Below, in pieces: positions 61,701-64,000 of a stretch of 64,000 nucleotides of DNA. The stretch is from Felis catus (taxonomy: Eukaryota). Under the pieces are notes generated by a model that was not told where the DNA came from, did no database searches, and saw only the letters and a program-made list of their open reading frames with translations. Where the stretch lies: the NCBI RefSeq assembly GCF_018350175.1, contig NC_058368.1, positions 95,420,001 to 95,484,000 of the forward strand, written 5' to 3'. The first letter of the stretch is position 1; every line of letters starts with the position of its first letter. The position numbers were made by a program, and so were the translations under genes.

Positions 61701-62235
61701 TTACTACCATTTTCCCCCGCTGATGAGGAAAAGCGTAACCACTATTGCTAGATAAGAGGAAGAAATAGGGTGTAAAAATAGTTGAAATGAGGAAAAAATG
61801 ACTATTGGCAGAGATAATATTATTCATAGAACACTCCAAATCATTGAGTGGCAAACTATGTAAAAGATCAGGAGAATTTAGTAAATTAGCAGGTTCTACA
61901 AAGCAGTCTATAGAAACCAGTAGGTATCCTGCATACAATCAATGATCCCTTAGAAAATATAACTGAAGGAAAGTCTTCTAAAAACAACCAGAGGTGAAAT
62001 ATTTATATATAGACTTGACGAAAGTGGTGAAGAGCTATGAAAAACCTGCTTTAAACTTGAAGAGTGTCTACTTTGTCCAAACGTATCTATACATTCAACC
62101 AATCCCTATAAAACTTCTTTCCGTCTTTTTTCCCAGAACCTGAAAAAAAAATGCTTCAATTCATCTTGGAAAGTAAAAGAGGCAACACCAGCCAGAGAAA
62201 TTCTGGGGATAAAATACCAGAGAATAAAAGATATT

Positions 62236-62457
62236 TTACTTATTTAAAATTTTTTTTTTTAATGTTTATTTCTGAGACAGAGAGGGACAGAGCATGAGCA
62301 CGGGAGGGACAGAGAGAGAGGGAGACAGAATCCAAAGCAGGCTCTAGGCTCTGAGCTGTCAGTGCACAGCCCAACGCACAGCCCAAATTCATGAACCGCG
62401 AGATCATGACCTGAGCTGAAGTCGGACACTGAACTAACTGAGCCACCCAGGCGCCCC
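62236..62457 (-). mobile_element. Can-SINE
   Basis: TSD taaaagatattt. Confidence 0.96.
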
Positions 62458-62559
62458 ACCTAAAAGATATTTCAGAGAGTAAGGATGACAAGTAGAATTG
62501 ACATTATGGAAGAAATGAAGAGATCAAAGAAATAAAATAGAGAATGTTAACTGAAATAG

Positions 62560-62830
62560 GGTCGATACTAAAAAAGTTAACTCTGAAATCCTGAGGTATC
62601 AACATGAAGAAGTTTCTTTCTTGCTCTTTCTCAGTGTTTATTTTGTGTCAGTGGATGCCTAGGTAGTCTGTCACGGACTCAATCTGATCCTGGCTCCCAT
62701 AGGTCCTAGCAGCAGGGTGAAAACCTTGGGCAATGGTGCATGTTTACTTTCCTCCTTTCATTCTGAAAATGGAGTACTTAGGGCACATGTGGCCTTGCCT
62801 AAGTGCAGAGACTGGGAAACCCTGACTTTC
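62560..62830 (-). mobile_element. Old MaLR LTR (MLT1J/K-like)
   Basis: 'aagtttctttcttgctc', 'cacatgtggccttgcctaagtgcag.gactgggaaa'. Confidence 0.5.
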
Positions 62831-63389
62831 ATACACTCAGGAGATACTAGGAAAGTCTATGATAGAGGGTCACACATACATCCAATTACACATGGGAATA
62901 ATGTTGGTGATATAGGTGCCACTCAGATTTCTAGGGAGAAGGGATACCACTCAGTGGTTTTGGTCGGAAAACGTTAAGTGCCGGTGCTGCAGGAAGAGAA
63001 GGTGGCAATATTCCTTCCTCCTGTACCAATGAAAAATTGCAAATGGGAAAAAAATGGAAAAGAAAGGAGTTTCTTGAAGGAAGAAAGGACACATTCTAAC
63101 CATGGGAGGACAGAAGTCTTTGTAAGCAGGACACAGAATTCATAGAGAAAAAGAGGGATTACATAAGAGAAATGGATGAGGTAGCAACAGGCAACTTGGA
63201 AGACAAAACCACAGAGGGCCAATGTTAAACTCATTGGTGGTTCAAATCAAAACAAGAATAAAATAGCTTTCTTTTCCCTTTTCAAAAAACATGGAAAGTT
63301 GGAGATAAAGTACCAGTGAGTATTGGGAGACACAGGTACATTCACATATCATTGTTGGGTGTATACATTGGTAAAAACATTTCTGTTTA

Positions 63390-63589
63390 TATTTTTATTT
63401 GTTTATTTTTGAGAGAGGATGAAGAAGCACAATTGGGGGGAAGGGCAGAGACAGAGGGAGAGAGAGAGAATCGCAAGCAGGCTCCACACTGTCAGCCCAG
63501 AGCCTGACATGGGCTTGAACCCATAAACCGTGAGGTCATGACCTGAGACGAAGTTGGATGCTTAACTGACAGAGCCGCCCAGGTGCCCC
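63390..63589 (-). mobile_element. Can-SINE
   Basis: Standard body, head cccaggtgcccc. Confidence 0.95.
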
Positions 63590-64000
63590 TCTTTATTTAT
63601 ATAAGAAATAAAAGTGCATGTATTGATAGAGTTGTTAGGAATTTACCCTGTGGACATATTTGTAAAAATTTTCCCAGTGGACAATGCTTATTGAAGTCCG
63701 TGGTATGAACAAGACTGATAAAACGTCACTCAGAGGGAATGGGATGAATGAAATACACTTTACTGTATTCATGTATCAATGTATCAGATAGTTGTTCTAA
63801 AAAGGAAGTAGATGTGTACACGCTGGTATGTAAATAACGTAAAACGACATTATTACATGGAAACCCGATTTTACGGAAGATGATGAATAATATTTTGCTT
63901 AAATATGTGTACATATATTTAATAGATAGGTGAAAGATTTGTCTCTGTATATTTCCTTGCCTTTTAACTTAGAAAGAATTCAAAGAACCTTAATAGGAGT

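Larger units (their letters stand above)
61700..64000 (+). mobile_element. Old LINE-1 ORF2/3' relics, interrupted
   Basis: 'gagaatttagtaaattagcagg', 'tctatacattcaaccaatccctataaaa', 'taggaatttaccctg', 'tactgtattca'. Confidence 0.65.

Noticed and set aside
1277..62491. Recurring 'WVAQSVK...SAQVMIS...EPASDSVSPSL' ORFs as a gene family
   Set aside because: These are translations of Can-SINE copies
1..64000. CRISPR array, operon, NUMT or endogenous non-retroviral virus
   Set aside because: No regularly spaced repeats, no long ORFs, and no mitochondrial or viral similarity recognised by eye; a translated database search would be needed to fully exclude highly decayed viral relics

Overview
Mammalian (felid, very probably domestic cat) non-coding genomic DNA, not microbial. 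The evidence is about 41 carnivore tRNA-derived SINEs (Can-SINE/SINEC, including young SINEC_Fc-type copies with perfect target-site duplications). Also present are many decayed LINE-1 pieces, L2/L3/MIR relics, MaLR (MLT1) and ERV1-like solo LTRs, hAT (Charlie1, MER58A, MER45A, MER5) and Tigger DNA-transposon relics, and microsatellites. I found no recognisable protein-coding exon, RNA gene or processed pseudogene; the supplied ORFs are short frames across repeats. Retroelements are strongly biased to the minus strand (31 vs 10 SINEs by manual count), as expected for a large intron of a plus-strand gene that I cannot name. I cannot support a new multi-gene biological system. The best leads are: a back-to-back solo-LTR pair with an intact promoter-motif series; a tailless internal L1 fragment with its own TSD; a possible SINE dimer; several short inversion (template-switch) scars; close inverted SINE pairs; a candidate 7-nt minus-strand microexon; and motif clusters in repeat-free islands. 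Repeat family names come from recalled consensus similarity, not a database search, and old-repeat boundaries are approximate.
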